Shown: piece after piece, positions 37,764 to 50,529 of the stretch
How the letters are laid out: every line of letters starts with the position of its first letter
Position numbering within the stretch: position 1 is the first letter of the stretch
Source of the DNA: Octopus bimaculoides
Lineage: Eukaryota
Length of the DNA stretch: 64,000 bases
NCBI RefSeq assembly: GCF_001194135.2
Contig: NC_068989.1
Location: forward strand, 41,553,586 to 41,617,585
Reading direction: 5' to 3'
The notes under the pieces: model-generated
What the model saw: only the letters and a program-made list of their open reading frames with translations
The model's database searches: none
Told to the model about the DNA's origin: nothing
Translations under genes and position numbers: made by a program

Positions 37764-37891
37764 ACAATCCTTTGGATTTTCTCCGAAACCAACTACAATT
37801 TCAACAAATGCGTCGTGTTATCCAAAGAAACCCTCATGTCTTACCTGCCATATTGCAACAGATAGGTACAACAAATCCTCCTCTTCTACAG
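37764..37891 (+). CDS. RAD23: RAD23 coding exon 7 (XPC-binding/STI1 domain, [43 protein letters not shown])
   Basis: ttttacag acceptor, CAG|gtgagt donor; 128 nt; matches PLEFLRNQPQFQQMR..IQ.NP..LPA.LQQIG..NP.LLQ. Confidence 0.95.
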
Positions 37892-38069
37892 GTGAGTGTA
37901 CATACATCAGTCTTCCATCAACTAATGTATTTAGTCTGATCCTGAGTTCAAATTCCACCAAGGTTGACTTTGCCTTTTATCTTTTCAGTTTTTTTTTTTT
38001 TTCAAATATTTTTTTAATACTTCCTTAGTCTGGAGTAAAGAGCAGAACCTATGATCATTGCAGATCCTC

Positions 38070-38355
38070 TGAGAATGATGAGATTGATGCTGTTAATGTT
38101 CCATTTTAACTGATCAACACCTGCTGGCAAAAACATGAGTGAGGAGGAAATTTCTGAGAGCTAGTATTTTTGGAGAAGGATTGCACATAGTGGTTACTGT
38201 ATGGAGCAGACTGGGTATACCAAGTGTGATAAGAGGTGGAGAGACAAGTTAGTCTAGTGTACCTAAAGGGAGGAGGTGCAAAACTAGTCATCTCTGAAAA
38301 ACAATAGGAAAAACAGGAGACAACATTCCTGTGTCTGTAAGTGATGGTATGTCAA
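38070..38355 (-). mobile_element. Second remnant of the same non-LTR ORF2 C-terminal type
   Basis: PPPFRYTRLTCLSTSYH...NHYVQSFSKNTS...KWNINSINL fragments. Confidence 0.5.
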
Positions 38356-38444
38356 TCAGTTAGGTGGCCCTATATGCATTAGTTGATTATTCATGATTAG
38401 TGTAGTGTTATATATTATTATATTAGTGTGTCTGTTCTATATTG

Positions 38445-38475
<31 letters not shown>

Positions 38476-39331
38476 TAATGCCTTCAATCATTGTAAAGTA
38501 CAACCAAGTCATGTTTTTAGCTATATATCTTATTTATTCTTTGCCTTCTCTGCAAGAGTTAATCCAGGTGAATGCAGTTGGTTGTATCTTAGATGTGATT
38601 TGTCACTAATAACATCTCCACATCTTACCTCATTCTCAGTTCATTCTAGTCTAAGTCTTGCCATATCTCTGCTGCTCATATTTAGACCAAACTCAATATC
38701 TTATTTTTTTGATATTGTTTGGTCAGAGGTAAATGGGAAAAGCCAGTTGCCATGAATCAAGTGAAAGGAAGTTGTTCTGACATTAGGTACCTAATCCACA
38801 TGCTTGGAATAGAATGTACTCTATTAAAAGCTTGCAATGGAAAGATGGTTGTGTTAAATCAACTGATGGGTTAGCTTTGCCACCCTACAATGGAAACAGT
38901 CTCTGCTGGTCATTGAAACTTGAAGATTCTATTTAGAGAGCATAAAAATGGGCTTTTTTTCTTTTTTTCTTTTTGTTAATGTCAAATATACAATATTTTC
39001 TGGCATACAAGTCAAATATTTTGAGATGAAAATTTAGGGCCAATAAAAGGTAGGTCGACCAAGAATTCTTTGGAGGATCAAAAATTTCATGTGAAATGCA
39101 ACAGGATTTGGAAAAACAGTGACAAAGTTTGAATGTTTACACCATATATTACATCAACTTGTAAGCTGGAAAATATGGTATATTGATATCTGATGCTACT
39201 TATTGTTCTGTTCTGACTTTCCACAAGGCCAGTTTCATGAAAGCTTACTTTGGTTAACAGTTAAACTATGCTAATGAGACACTGAACAAGACAATGAAAT
39301 GCATAGGGAATGTTATGTGCATGATGTTTAA

Positions 39332-40184
39332 CCCATTTGATGCCACTATGCTAAAGCACCCCACTGCCACTCCATCCACTGGTTCTGTGATATAAATTTT
39401 TAGTTTTGAAGTGATCCAAATTAAGCCTTCCATCAAAATTTTATGTTAATTTGTTTCAGGCACCAACTTAATAAGGACAATTACTTCACTAATTTTTTTC
39501 GTTGATTTTCAAAATCAATTAAAACAAAAGAGTAAGCATGGCAAGAAATTTGCTTCTCAACCATGTGATTTCTGGTTCTATCTCAGTGTGTGTGTGGCAC
39601 CTTAGGCAAGCATCTACTATAGTCCTGGGCCAACCAAAGCCTTGTCAGTGAATTTGGTGGACAGAAACTGAAAGAAACCGAAAGAAAGGCAGTGAGCTGG
39701 TAGAACCGTTAGCACGCCGGGCGAAATGCTTAGCGGTATTTCGTCTGCCGCTACGTTCTGAGTTCAAATTCTGCCAAGGTCGACTTTGCCTTTCATCCTT
39801 TCGGGGTCGATAAATTAAGTACCAGTTATGCACTGGGGTCGATGTAATCGACTTAATCCCTTTGTCTGTCCTTGTTTGTCCCCTCTATGTTTAGCCCCTT
39901 GTGGGCAATAAAGAAATAAGAAACTGAAAGAAACCGGTCATATACTTGTGTGTGTTTTGTATTACATGAAAGTCGTAAATGAGTGTCGTCATGCAAATGG
40001 TTTCTCTGTTTCCAGTCTTCCATGAAAACATGTCTAGTCAGACATGTCTGGAAACATGGTGAGGATTAGCAAATTGCATCCAGCCATAGAAAATTAGCCT
40101 CAGTAAAATTCCATCTGACGTATGCAGGTATGGAAAAGTGGTTGTTTAACTGACGATGATGATGAAATGCAGGTCACAAAAGGG
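39332..40184. mobile_element. Family F MITE interrupted by nested SINEs
   Basis: TTAA at 39328-39331 and 40185-40188; MITE sequence stops near 39532 and resumes near 40164. Confidence 0.7.
39681..39918 (+). mobile_element. Young family B SINE nested in a family C SINE
   Basis: Perfect 18-bp TSD agaaactgaaagaaaccg at 39663-39680 and 39919-39936; CpGs largely intact. Confidence 0.9.
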
Positions 40185-41188
40185 TTAACCTCTAAACAGA
40201 AACCCAGACTTTCAGTGTTGTATTTATAGACTCTGCTGTGATTTGCTTTATTTTGTAATAACATTCAATAACTAGGCAAAATTCATAAGTATATTTGCTA
40301 GAGCTGAATGGCTAGTGGTAAAAGTGGAATTAGCATCTTGATATTGTTGATGATGGTGAAAGTGGTGTGAAGTGAATCAAGTTGTTGACTCATCAGCTGA
40401 AGATTGTACACTTACTGTCTTGTCGTTGACACTATTATGTCCTGTCTCTGATGATCTGTTTTAGTGCTAGCTGGAATACTGGACTGAAAAATTTGATTGG
40501 TTTGTCATCCTAAGATTGATTGATTTCACACAATATGGAAATTACACTGTGTAACACAATTTTGTCTTTGGGTAGTAAAGGTTATTTTCTATTTGCTTAA
40601 CTCTACAAAGTATGAAAAAATGTCTAATATTTCCTTCAAACTTTGCTTTTGTTACATTTATTCAAACCTCAAAGAATCCCTTCCAACATGTGGTTATGAT
40701 GCTCCCCCACTACTTCTGCTCATGATTAGAGATGCATATATTGTCAGCCGCTAAGCGATGTGATCAAGTGGTTATGGTCAAGCAGCTGACAAACAAATCA
40801 GGTATTGAGCAGAATAATTGTTATGATATTTCTGCTTCAGCAACTCAGCATGGAATTCATTTGAAATGTAAACACCAAAATAAAGTTTGAAGGGAATAGT
40901 AGTCATTTCCTTTGATTTCTAGATCGAGGCAAATAGGAAATAACATTTACTGGCCAAAGACAAAAAAAAAAAAAAGAAAAATTCTGTTTTACAGTGTTAT
41001 GTAACTTTTGATGAGAAAGATGTTACAGATGAAATTCTGGAGATTTAGGAATATCCTTGATGGTTACAACAAGCAAGAAAATGCAGAATGTTATAATTTC
41101 TTTCGGGAAAACTATTGTAATTAATAGTTTTCTAATGAAAAGAGTGATTTTTTTGCTTTGCTTTTTAGTGTTTTTTTTTTTTTTTTTT

Positions 41189-41404
41189 NNNNNNNNNNNN
41201 NNNNNNNNNNNNNNNNNNNNNNNNNNNNNNNNNNNNNNNNNNNNNNNNNNNNNNNNNNNNNNNNNNNNNNNNNNNNNNNNNNNNNNNNNNNNNNNNNNNN
41301 NNNNNNNNNNNNNNNNNNNNNNNNNNNNNNNNNNNNNNNNNNNNNNNNNNNNNNNNNNNNNNNNNNNNNNNNNNNNNNNNNNNNNNNNNNNNNNNNNNNN
41401 NNNN
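41189..41404. other. Assembly gap, 216 N, covering the acceptor and 5' part of RAD23 exon 8
   Basis: N run between a poly-T tract and in-frame Gly codons. Confidence 0.95.
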
Positions 41405-41512
41405 GGCGGAGGTGGTGGTGGTGGTAGTAACACTGCTGGAGGCCAGGGTTTACAGATTGGCCCTGGAGCATTTATTCAAGTTACCCCTCAGGAAAAAGAT
41501 GCAATTGAAAGT
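41405..41512 (+). CDS. RAD23: RAD23 coding exon 8, visible 3' part only (GGGGGGGSNTAGGQGLQIGPGAFIQVTPQEKDAIES)
   Basis: IQVTPQEK.AIE motif that precedes UBA2; AGT|gtaagt donor; the 5' part is hidden in the N gap that follows a long T tract. Confidence 0.9.
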
Positions 41513-41609
41513 GTAAGTAGTAATATTTCTGTTATGTTGAAATGATTTACGAGAAGGAAAGCAATGATTTATTGGCTGTTTATCTCCTTGTAATGTTCCA
41601 TCCATCTTT

Positions 41610-42130
41610 GTTCTCTATTCTTCGTTGTGTCATTAGGGTAAGGTCCTATCAGAAGCAACTGTTACTAGACTTTACAGCTGGATTCCCAAGCATGACCAAA
41701 TATTATCCAGTCGTCTCCTTCTTGGTCCACCTCTAGGCCTCCTGAGAGTTGGTTTAGCTTGAAGAATCTGTCTTTTGATTCTTTCCTGTGACATCGTAAT
41801 CACATGTCCATGGTACCAGGGATGTGATCTTTCAATCTAGAGAAGTAGCAGTTCAACTTGGAGAGACCTCCTTGATTATCTGAACTACATACCCCATCGA
41901 GTAACATTACTCTTGAGATCCTGCTGAGGAACTCTTTTTCAGCCTCTTGTATTTGTTTGTAATGTTATTTTAATTGCTTCTGGAGATAGCTGCCAAATTT
42001 CCTTTGGCTTGTTGGTGATTATTTTGAGAAAAGAAAAGTATATTCAACGGTATTGTTCGAAATAGACAAGCTGTGATGATCATGTGTTGAACTGCCTTTG
42101 ATCATGGGTTTCTCTTATCAAAGCTAACTA
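41610..42130 (-). mobile_element. RTE-clade LINE remnant
   Basis: HGHV.TMSQERIKRQILQAKPT.RRPRG.PR..W fragment typical of the RTE C-terminus. Confidence 0.6.
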
Positions 42131-43498
42131 AGGGCTTGACAACAGCAATATTAATTATATATATATTTCATTGGACTTATGTATTTTCTTTTGGTCCAGG
42201 TAGAGTTATAGTTCTAAGAGAGTGTTAGCATATCTAATTTATGGTACCACTAGTTAATGACTAGTATCTTGAAACCTGTTTTGGCTTTGTTGTTTGTCTG
42301 ATCTCATCTGTGAAGAATTCACTAGCTATTTATTTCTAAGTAAATTAGAACTGTTTTAAGCAGATCTAATGGTCCTATCTAACATTGTAGAGAAGCAAAA
42401 TGCTTGAGTGACTCTACCAATTCACTGTTTCACTGATGTGTAATTGTATATATTTACTTAATTGCTATATAAAAAAAAGGAAAACTCCAGACACAGATGT
42501 AGTTTGATAGGTGTTGGCATGGCTGTGTGATTAGAAATTTGATTCCTAACCACATAGTTTTGGGTTTCAGTCCCACTGTGTGGTGCCTTGAGCAAGTATC
42601 TTCCATGATAGTCCTGGGCTGACTAAAGCAGAGTGAATATATTTGGTAGATGAAAACTGAAAGAAGCTAGTCTTGTGTGTGTGTGTATGTTTGTCTCCTT
42701 GTCTTGACATTGTGTGAAGACTGAAATTGAATGTCGTGGAGGAAATGACAAAAGAATGCAACAAGTGTCAGGATGCTGAGCTTGAGAAATGATTGTCACT
42801 GTCATGCTACCAGTATCATTCATTTCTGATATACTGCAAAAGCATGTCTAACAACAGTGAAATATTACCCTTGCTTCGAAACAGATGATAGTTGGTGACA
42901 TGAAGGGCATCCGGCCATAGAAAAACTGCCTCAGTAAAAACGATGATGATTAGACTTAAGTTGTTCAGGGAAGAATTTCTCTCAGATATCACTCTTTACA
43001 TCAGTATACTGCCTTGTAAGATTATCTCCCTTTATTCCTCGGTTGCATATTACTCATATTTCATCAATATTACTGAAGATACAATGATGGCGTATCATAG
43101 GTTGTTCAACCAATTAGATGAATTTTGGCTGGATCTGCTTACATTTTTAATGATTTCAGAGAAGTCATTAACCTCACACCTTTATATTTTCCATCATTGA
43201 AATTGAGTGTGCAAATATATATATATCATCGTCGTCATTTAGCATCCGTTTTCCATGCTGACGTGGGTTTGACTGGAACTGGTAGGCTGTAGGGCTATAC
43301 CAGACTCATCTGATTTTAGCTTGGTTTCTTCAGCTGAGTGTCTTTCCTAATGCCAATCACTCCAGGAGCATAGTGGGTGCCTTTTACGTGTCATAGCTGC
43401 TTTGTATATATGTAAGTCAGTTTAACATGTGAACTAGGGTTACAAAAGTGTGTTGAAAAAAATCATCTCACTCTTTTAAGTAGTTTGTAATATGATTA

Positions 43499-44006
43499 CA
43501 AGGTCTGATCAAAAAGTATCAGGACTGTTGCTATGGTAACGGAGCCAAAGTATGCAGAGCGATGCTGCACAGATTGACACACTAGATGATAATGTTCTCG
43601 CTCACTTTCATTGTTTATAGCAATGCTTGGAAGTGAAGTGTGTAGAGTGTAGTCATCTCAAAAAGATTGGATTTTAACTGCTCAGGATTTTTGTGATTGT
43701 ATCAAGGATGACAAATAAAAAGAAACTTTTTGCAAATGGTCATAACAGGTGATGTATCATGTATCGATGGCTCTGACCCCAAAGGCAAAAATTAAATCCC
43801 ACTTGAAAACAAGATTTCTAGTTGTTCAGTAAATTCAAGAGAATTCAATGAGGCAGCTGCTTGCTATCCCAAAACAGGAGTTTCAGGAATGTTTCCTTCA
43901 ATGGAAATGACGCTGGATAAAGTGTGTGGTTTTAGAAGGGGACTACTTTGAAGGAGATTAAATATGTGCTATAGCACCGGTCCCAATATTTTTTGATCAG
44001 ACCTTG
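43499..44006 (+). mobile_element. Mariner-derived 508-bp deletion derivative (MITE-like)
   Basis: TIRs caaggtctgatcaaaaa(g/a)tat, TA on both sides; residual ITGD and W..RWIKCV...GDYFEGD-stop fragments. Confidence 0.88.
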
Positions 44007-44535
44007 TATGTCTTAGCCATAAATAGCACCTGTGCTTTTGTGTCCCATATACACTAGCACTCGGTGAACCATACATTGACTTTTTTTTTTTAAGAGTTAA
44101 AAGCTCCCATTATACTGTTTTTCACACTTGCAGAGATGGCTAAGAATTTTGCTTTGCTTTGTGACCCACATGGTTTTGGGTTCAATACCTTATGAGTGGA
44201 TTTGGTAGATGGAAATTGTGGAAGCTCATTACATGTGTGGATGTGTGTGAGTGTATTTGTGTTTTACCTCACCACTTGACAACTGGTATGGGGTTGTTTT
44301 TGTTGCAGTGACTTAGCAGTTTGGCAAAGCAAGTGACCAACAGAATGTGCCAGACTTAAAATTTGTACTAGGATCAATTGTTTGACTAACTAGCATGTAA
44401 AAATAAATATGCATATACTTATATGAGTGGGTAGTATAAAATCTGAAGAAATTTGTTACATGTACCAATCTTGTGATGTTAGTTCTTTTCCAGTGTTGTT
44501 TTATTACATCATGTTTTTTTTTTTCTTTGGAACAG

Positions 44536-44661
44536 TTGAAAGCTTTAGGATTTCCTGAAGGAATGTGTATTCAAGCTTATTTTGCCTGTGAGAAGAACGA
44601 AGAGCTGGCTGCTAATTTTCTCTTGTCCCAAAATTTTGAGGAAGACGAGCAACAAAGTTGA
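44536..44661 (+). CDS. RAD23: RAD23 last coding exon (UBA2, [41 protein letters not shown]-stop)
   Basis: tttggaacag acceptor; [17 protein letters not shown] signature; TGA stop at 44659-44661. Confidence 0.96.
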   Translation: MKALGFPEGMCIQAYFACEKNEELAANFLLSQNFEEDEQQS

Positions 44662-44928
44662 TCTAGATGTTGATAATGGACAATGACAATTGCTGCCCTC
44701 TTCACAGATTCCTACTGATGTATTCTGCTATGTATATCTATATAAATATGTATACATATATATCCTTCTCCTGATGCTGGGATGCCAATCCTGCATCAGT
44801 GCAGTTTGATAGGGGGAGGGGAGTGAGCAGCCTGTCTAATTACTGGCTGCCCGCTCGTCCTTTTTTATGGCATCTTTTGTCAACTATTCAAATTTCTAAA
44901 GCAGTTTCAAAGGAAATTAAATATGCAG

Positions 44929-44929
<1 letters not shown>

Positions 44930-44964
<35 letters not shown>

Positions 44965-45058
44965 CATATATATATATATATGTGTGTGTGTGTGTATATA
45001 TATGTATGTATATATATATATATATATATATATANNNNNNNNNNATATACATATATAT
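44930..45058. repeat. (AT)n/(GT)n microsatellite in the RAD23 3' region with a 10-N gap
   Basis: Direct reading. Confidence 0.95.
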
Positions 45059-46076
45059 GGAAGAAAAAAATGAATACAACAAAAAAGTCTGCAATTCAAG
45101 CCATGAAGAAGATAGGACAGATTGCAAAAAAGTGATAATCTTTTTAAAGATTTAGAAGAAATGATAAACTAAAGAATTTTAAAAATCTCTCTTTATTTCT
45201 CTTTCACTCTTCCTCTCTCTCACTCCTTTTCTGTTTGTTTTTTTTTTCCTTCCTCATTTTTTTTTCTCGTTCTCTCTCAGCCACCCCCAGTCTTTTTTGC
45301 CCACAAGTTAATGTTTCTTTTTTTTTTTTTTTATGAAATAAAAAGGGGAAGAAAATAATAATTGTGATGAGGAATTAATGATATTTATAACGAAATAAAT
45401 GATTTTGATGATAATATTTGCTGATGATAGTCTGGTTTGAAACAAACAGAACTCTTCAGAATTGGACCTAGCATTCTTAAAAAGATTGTCTAAATTCTGT
45501 ATGACCTGCTATTGGAAGCTACAGTGCTCCACTTTTTTTTTTATTACATTTTGTTTTGTTTCTTGGGTGATTTGTTAATTAACTGTGTCTCCTCTTATTG
45601 TACAGTGTTGTCTTGATTAGTTTTTAGTGGTGAACAACTACAACGTAACTAATCATTTCAACAGTTCCTTTGAATTTTTTTTTTTTTTTTTTGTAATATT
45701 CAATATTTTGCATATTTTTTTTTGTTTTGCATTGTTAACCCATTCTGTTGTTTCAATGAAGTTTGCTGGTCATCACAAGTAGATACCTTGACACACACCT
45801 TCCTAAGCAAGCAGATTCTCTCTGTTGTTGCTGTTTTATATCTTCTATACTATTTTGTATTTTTTCTTAGTCATCTATGGACAGTACTGAGTTGGTGAAA
45901 TACAGCTATGTCAATGGAGTTGTCACACTAGTCTTCAGTATGTATTGACATTTGGATCCTTTAAATTATTTACTTCTCCAATTTATTCCATGGATGCCTA
46001 TAAAGATGAGAAGTTGGTCATTACAGTAGTGGACCCCATGCTATCAACTTGGATCAGTAATCAAAACTGTAGATCC

Positions 46077-46148
46077 AATAAAATGTCTTAAAAGTAGTTC
46101 ATATATTGGTTTCCACTTTAGAAGTATTCCAAGTTGAATACAAATAAA
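46077..46148 (+). promoter_or_regulatory. Candidate proximal polyadenylation signals of RAD23 (AATAAA at 46077 and 46143)
   Basis: Two hexamers about 1.4 kb past the stop, just before SINE copies start; no transcript evidence. Confidence 0.3.
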
Positions 46149-46374
46149 GATGAAGTAACAATATGATAGCTAAAATTAAACAGTTGTATTTGGTAAAACA
46201 AAAGATTCTAAGCACACTTTGTTATCAGAATTAACATTGCAGTTACATCGTTAAAGAAAGGGACACAAGATCATGAGATAAATCACTTAGTAACCTCTTC
46301 ACTTTTTCTATTAACCCTACCAACACCATTATTGTTATTATCATCATCATCATTATTATTATTATTATTATTAA

Positions 46375-47010
46375 GGCGGCAGGCTTAGCGGTATTTCACC
46401 TATCTTTATGTTCTGAGTTCAAATTCCGCCGAGGCTGACTTTGCCTTTCATCCTTTGGGGGTCGATAAATTAAGTACCAGTTGAGTACTGGGGTTGATGT
46501 AATCAACTAGCTTCCCTCCCCTCCCACATAATTTCAGGCCTTGTGCTTTTAATAGAAAGAATTATTATTATTATTATTCAAACAGTAAGCTGGCAGAATT
46601 GTTAGAACATCAGAAAAAAATGCTTTATCATTTAAAAAAATTTTTTTTTTTACAGTTCTTTATTCTGAGTTTAAATCCCTCTGTGGTCAACTTTGCTCTT
46701 CGTCTCTCAAGGGTTGATAGTACTGACTAATCCCTTCCTTCCCAAAATTGTTAGCTGTGTACCTTAGTCAGAAACAGTTATTATTATTATTAAGATGGCA
46801 AGCTGACAGGATTGTTAGCATATTCGGCAAAATGCTTAGTGTCATTTCTTCTGGCTTTTTATGTTCTAAGTTCAAATGCCACTGATGTACACTTTGCCTT
46901 TCAGTTTTTTTGACACTTAAGAATTTATTGAACACAGGTCAGTGTAATCAAATGGACCTCTCCTCAGAAATTGCTAGCCTTGTGCCAGAAATTTGAAACC
47001 ATTCTTATCC
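46375..47010 (+). mobile_element. Three head-to-tail family B SINEs downstream of the RAD23 stop
   Basis: Heads near 46375, 46585 and 46795, each preceded by a (tta)n run. Confidence 0.8.
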
Positions 47011-47484
47011 ATAGTAGTAGCAGTAGTACTTTTGGAAGCAGTGGTGCAGTGTAAAGGGCCTACCTGACTTTTGTTGTTTATTTGTCAGTGTCCCTCAACA
47101 TTAGGGAGTCGGACGGGGTCGGGGAGATCAGCTTTCACGTTGTACTATAATCTGTTTCAGCTCTTGAATTAGCTCTTCTGTTAATCACTGACTTTCCTCG
47201 TTAGCCATTTTGGTGACTTGCTTACTATTTCAATACTCTATTCTCTCTTTTGGAGTTCAGAGCAAGTTTTCATCCTCTCTTTCTCTCTCTCTTTGATTAT
47301 TAACATTACGTCAGTAATTGTTTTCCCTCTTTAACAAATGGCTAATTATCATTTTTTTTTTTAAATTTCATTAATTTGACTAATAGTTTTGTGCTTTTAT
47401 TGTCTATTATTTTTTGTGTTGATTTTTTTTTTTTTACTTGTTTCTGTTGATTTTAGTCAGCTCTTTTTTTTTCTTAGCAAACTG

Positions 47485-47545
47485 AATAAACACATTTGAT
47501 AGTTCATGTGTTTGTGCCCTGTATCTGTCTGTTCGTCTGTCTGTC
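47485..47545 (+). promoter_or_regulatory. Candidate distal polyadenylation site of RAD23
   Basis: AATAAA at 47485-47490 followed by a GT/T-rich tract (tgtgtttgtg...tgtctgttcgtctgtctg). Confidence 0.35.
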
Positions 47546-50529
47546 TGTATGTTAGCGTTCTAAGCAACATGATGAAATGGGAAAGGGGTCTTGACTGTCA
47601 CATGAATCTAAAACTATTTTGAAGATGTTTTTCAACTTTATTTTACATTATAAAACACAAAAATTTGTGATAATAATAATAATGATGATGGTGATGTTGA
47701 AAGTTGACTAGAAGAAAAAAGGCTTTTTTTTTTTACTGTCATATAAAGGAAACCATTTTGGCCTTTTGTATTGGTTGATACAAGAAATTTGTGTTATGAA
47801 TGAATTTATGTGGATGGTCTTGAAGTGTGCTGGGTTGCTTAACCCATCTATGTGCTTATTTCTCAGATTAGATGTCTCAAACCAACAAACTTACTCTTTA
47901 GAGAATTAATTCCTTGCTGCTTTTATTCTTTACACATAGTTGCTCAGTTATTCAACTCTTTTGATGCTGACCTGCTTAATACAGGTGTTGGTTCTATAAT
48001 ACAAATTCCCTATTTGGAAGCCATCTAAATTAAAACCAGCTCTCAACATTTTATGCTAAATTGGTTTCCAATCACCAACTTCATAATGGCAGTTATTTTA
48101 ATAAATAGATTATTTTCTAAATTAATTGAAACAAAAGCATTCAGATTCAGTGCAAATATGGTGACACATTTAATAGGTAATATATTTAAAATAGAAAAGA
48201 ACCTTTAAACTTTTTTCTTTAACATTTGAAAACTGCAGCTTGGGCTGTAAACATTGTCAGGGATATTGAAAAACACAACTCTCATTGTTCGAGTTGTTTT
48301 TCTTTTCTTCCTGTAGCAAAAAAAAAAAAAAAAAAACAGGTCAATTTTTAGAAATTTTGCTTTTTATTAGCTTCTTTAATCCTTTAGCATTCACATTATT
48401 CTATAATATGTATTTATTCACATTGTTTGAATTAAGGATTCATTATCTCTTAGCTTTAAGATTTCAATGATGTGACTGTTTATTTTTAGAATGACATAAG
48501 TTAGATGTGAGAAGCTGGATCTGGTCAGTTTGATAATAATAGAGGTAGAATATAACTTATTAAGCTGGCATTTGGATCATAGATTAACATGAAGTTTTAA
48601 TGGAGGGTTTAAGAATAGTCTCAGGCAGGTTATCAAAATGGTTGAACCAAATTTTCTAATGAGTAATTTTGTGTTATAAACATTAAAAATTTTAAACTGT
48701 GAGGAATTTAAATCTTGCTGGAATGAACCTTTACATTGTGTTCATCTCCATGTGTCTTTATTATGACCACCACTATTGAAACTTGCTGTGACTCCATTAT
48801 TTGCCTTGGTTATCTAGTAAGTACAATCTCTACATCACAGTTAAGTGTGTTTGTGTTTTTTACTTAGATGGGAAGTTGAAGCAGGATTCTACACTCAGAT
48901 GTTGTTTCTGTCACCAACCCTTATTTTGTGGTGAGATGCACACATAGTTAGTTGTATAGTTGAGAAGCTTGCTTCCTAGCTCTGTAGTTTCAGGTTACTA
49001 CTGCACAACACCTTAGGTAAGTATTTTGTATAGGTGCAGATGTTGTTTTGCACTTGATCCAACTGCATAACACCTTAGGCACGTGTCTTCTGCTATAGCT
49101 CCAGGCTAACAGAAGTCTTGTGAGTGGCTAGAGACTGAAAAATATGTTGTATACATACATTTATATATAATATGTATATATGTGTTTGAATGTACTCTTG
49201 TCTTGACGTCACATGATGGTTTTGATCAAGCATCACAGTCATACAAGCAATGTTCATTTCCAGTCCTCTGTAAAAAGAAAAAAAAAATACTTGGTTATGG
49301 GGAGATAATACTTTGGAAACAAGACGGTCAGAAATTCTGCCTCAGTGAATTGTATCTGACCTATGCAAGCATGAAAATTGGGCATTAAAAAAATGGTGAA
49401 TGATGGAAGAAAAAAAAAATTTGATGATCTTTGAAAGTACAGAGGGACTAGTCAGAATGTGCACAGACTGTGATGTCACTGTCATCAAACACATGTCTGG
49501 GTTTCCTACAGTTTCTGTCTACCAAATTCAGTCAGAATGTTTTGGTTGGCTCAAGGCTTGAGTAGAAGACTTGCCAAAGGTGCCATGCAATGGAACTGAA
49601 CTCCAACTCACATAGCTGCAAGGTGAACCCTACAACTATGCCTAAAATGATGTTACTTATTTATAAAAGCACATTTTCCCCACTGATTTATGTGTATTCT
49701 ATAGCTTACTTCCAACACCAGCTGCTGACTGGATATGGCTATAAATAGTGGAACCACTAAATAAGCAAGACAAAATTACTGTTTTCATGAAACTCAATAG
49801 GTAAGATAATCAATCTTCTAGCTTCATTGTCCTGAGTTGAAGCCCACTACAGTTTTATGTGTTAAGGTTTAATTGCAACAAACTAGTGTTTTGTCTGTTG
49901 TTTCTCATCTGCTAAGAGAAACATAAGTACTGGTATCTTGGAGATTTCTAACAGATCTGATCACCCTACCTGAAACAAATCACTTTCAAATATTTGTGTT
50001 AAACACTTCAGTTCTGAAGGTTTTGATAAGTCCTTTTTCTTTTTCTCCCCCTCCTCTAAACTGCTACAAACTTGGAAAATAAAATTAAAAACTGACAATG
50101 GTAGCATCCTGTCATGAGATCTGCTTGTTCTCTCTACTACAACTATTCTGCTCTTGTTTCTAGCTATCCTTTGTTGCACTGAAAACTTTAAGGATGTTAT
50201 TTTCTTAAGTTCTTAATTATGTGACAACCTAAGATCTTAATGGTTCAAATCTTTTAATAAATTCAAGAGCTGAAGAGAACATTTTAAATAATTTTTTTTT
50301 ATGTGAGTGTTTGCATGTTGCTGTCATTGTTTTTCTTTAACCCATTCCATTTTCTTTTTAAATAATGATTTTGACAAAACACAAGACCTTTTCATCTTTA
50401 ACCCCCTCCTCCCCCTTTCTTCCAAACAAGAAAGAACAAACTGATTCAGTTAATGTCAGTTGTGTACTTGTTTGTTCATTTGTTTCATGTCCATTTCCCA
50501 ATGCTGATATGAGTTGGGTGGATACTTAT

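Noticed and set aside
41505-41520. Alternative donor or editing to restore the conserved AIER
   Set aside because: The GT at 41511 gives the wrong phase for the last exon, and A>G on AGT gives Gly, not Arg.
44659-44860. TGA stop followed by hairpins, suggesting selenocysteine readthrough
   Set aside because: No AUGA/GA quartet or apical AA motif of a SECIS; the frame closes again after three codons; RAD23 normally ends here.
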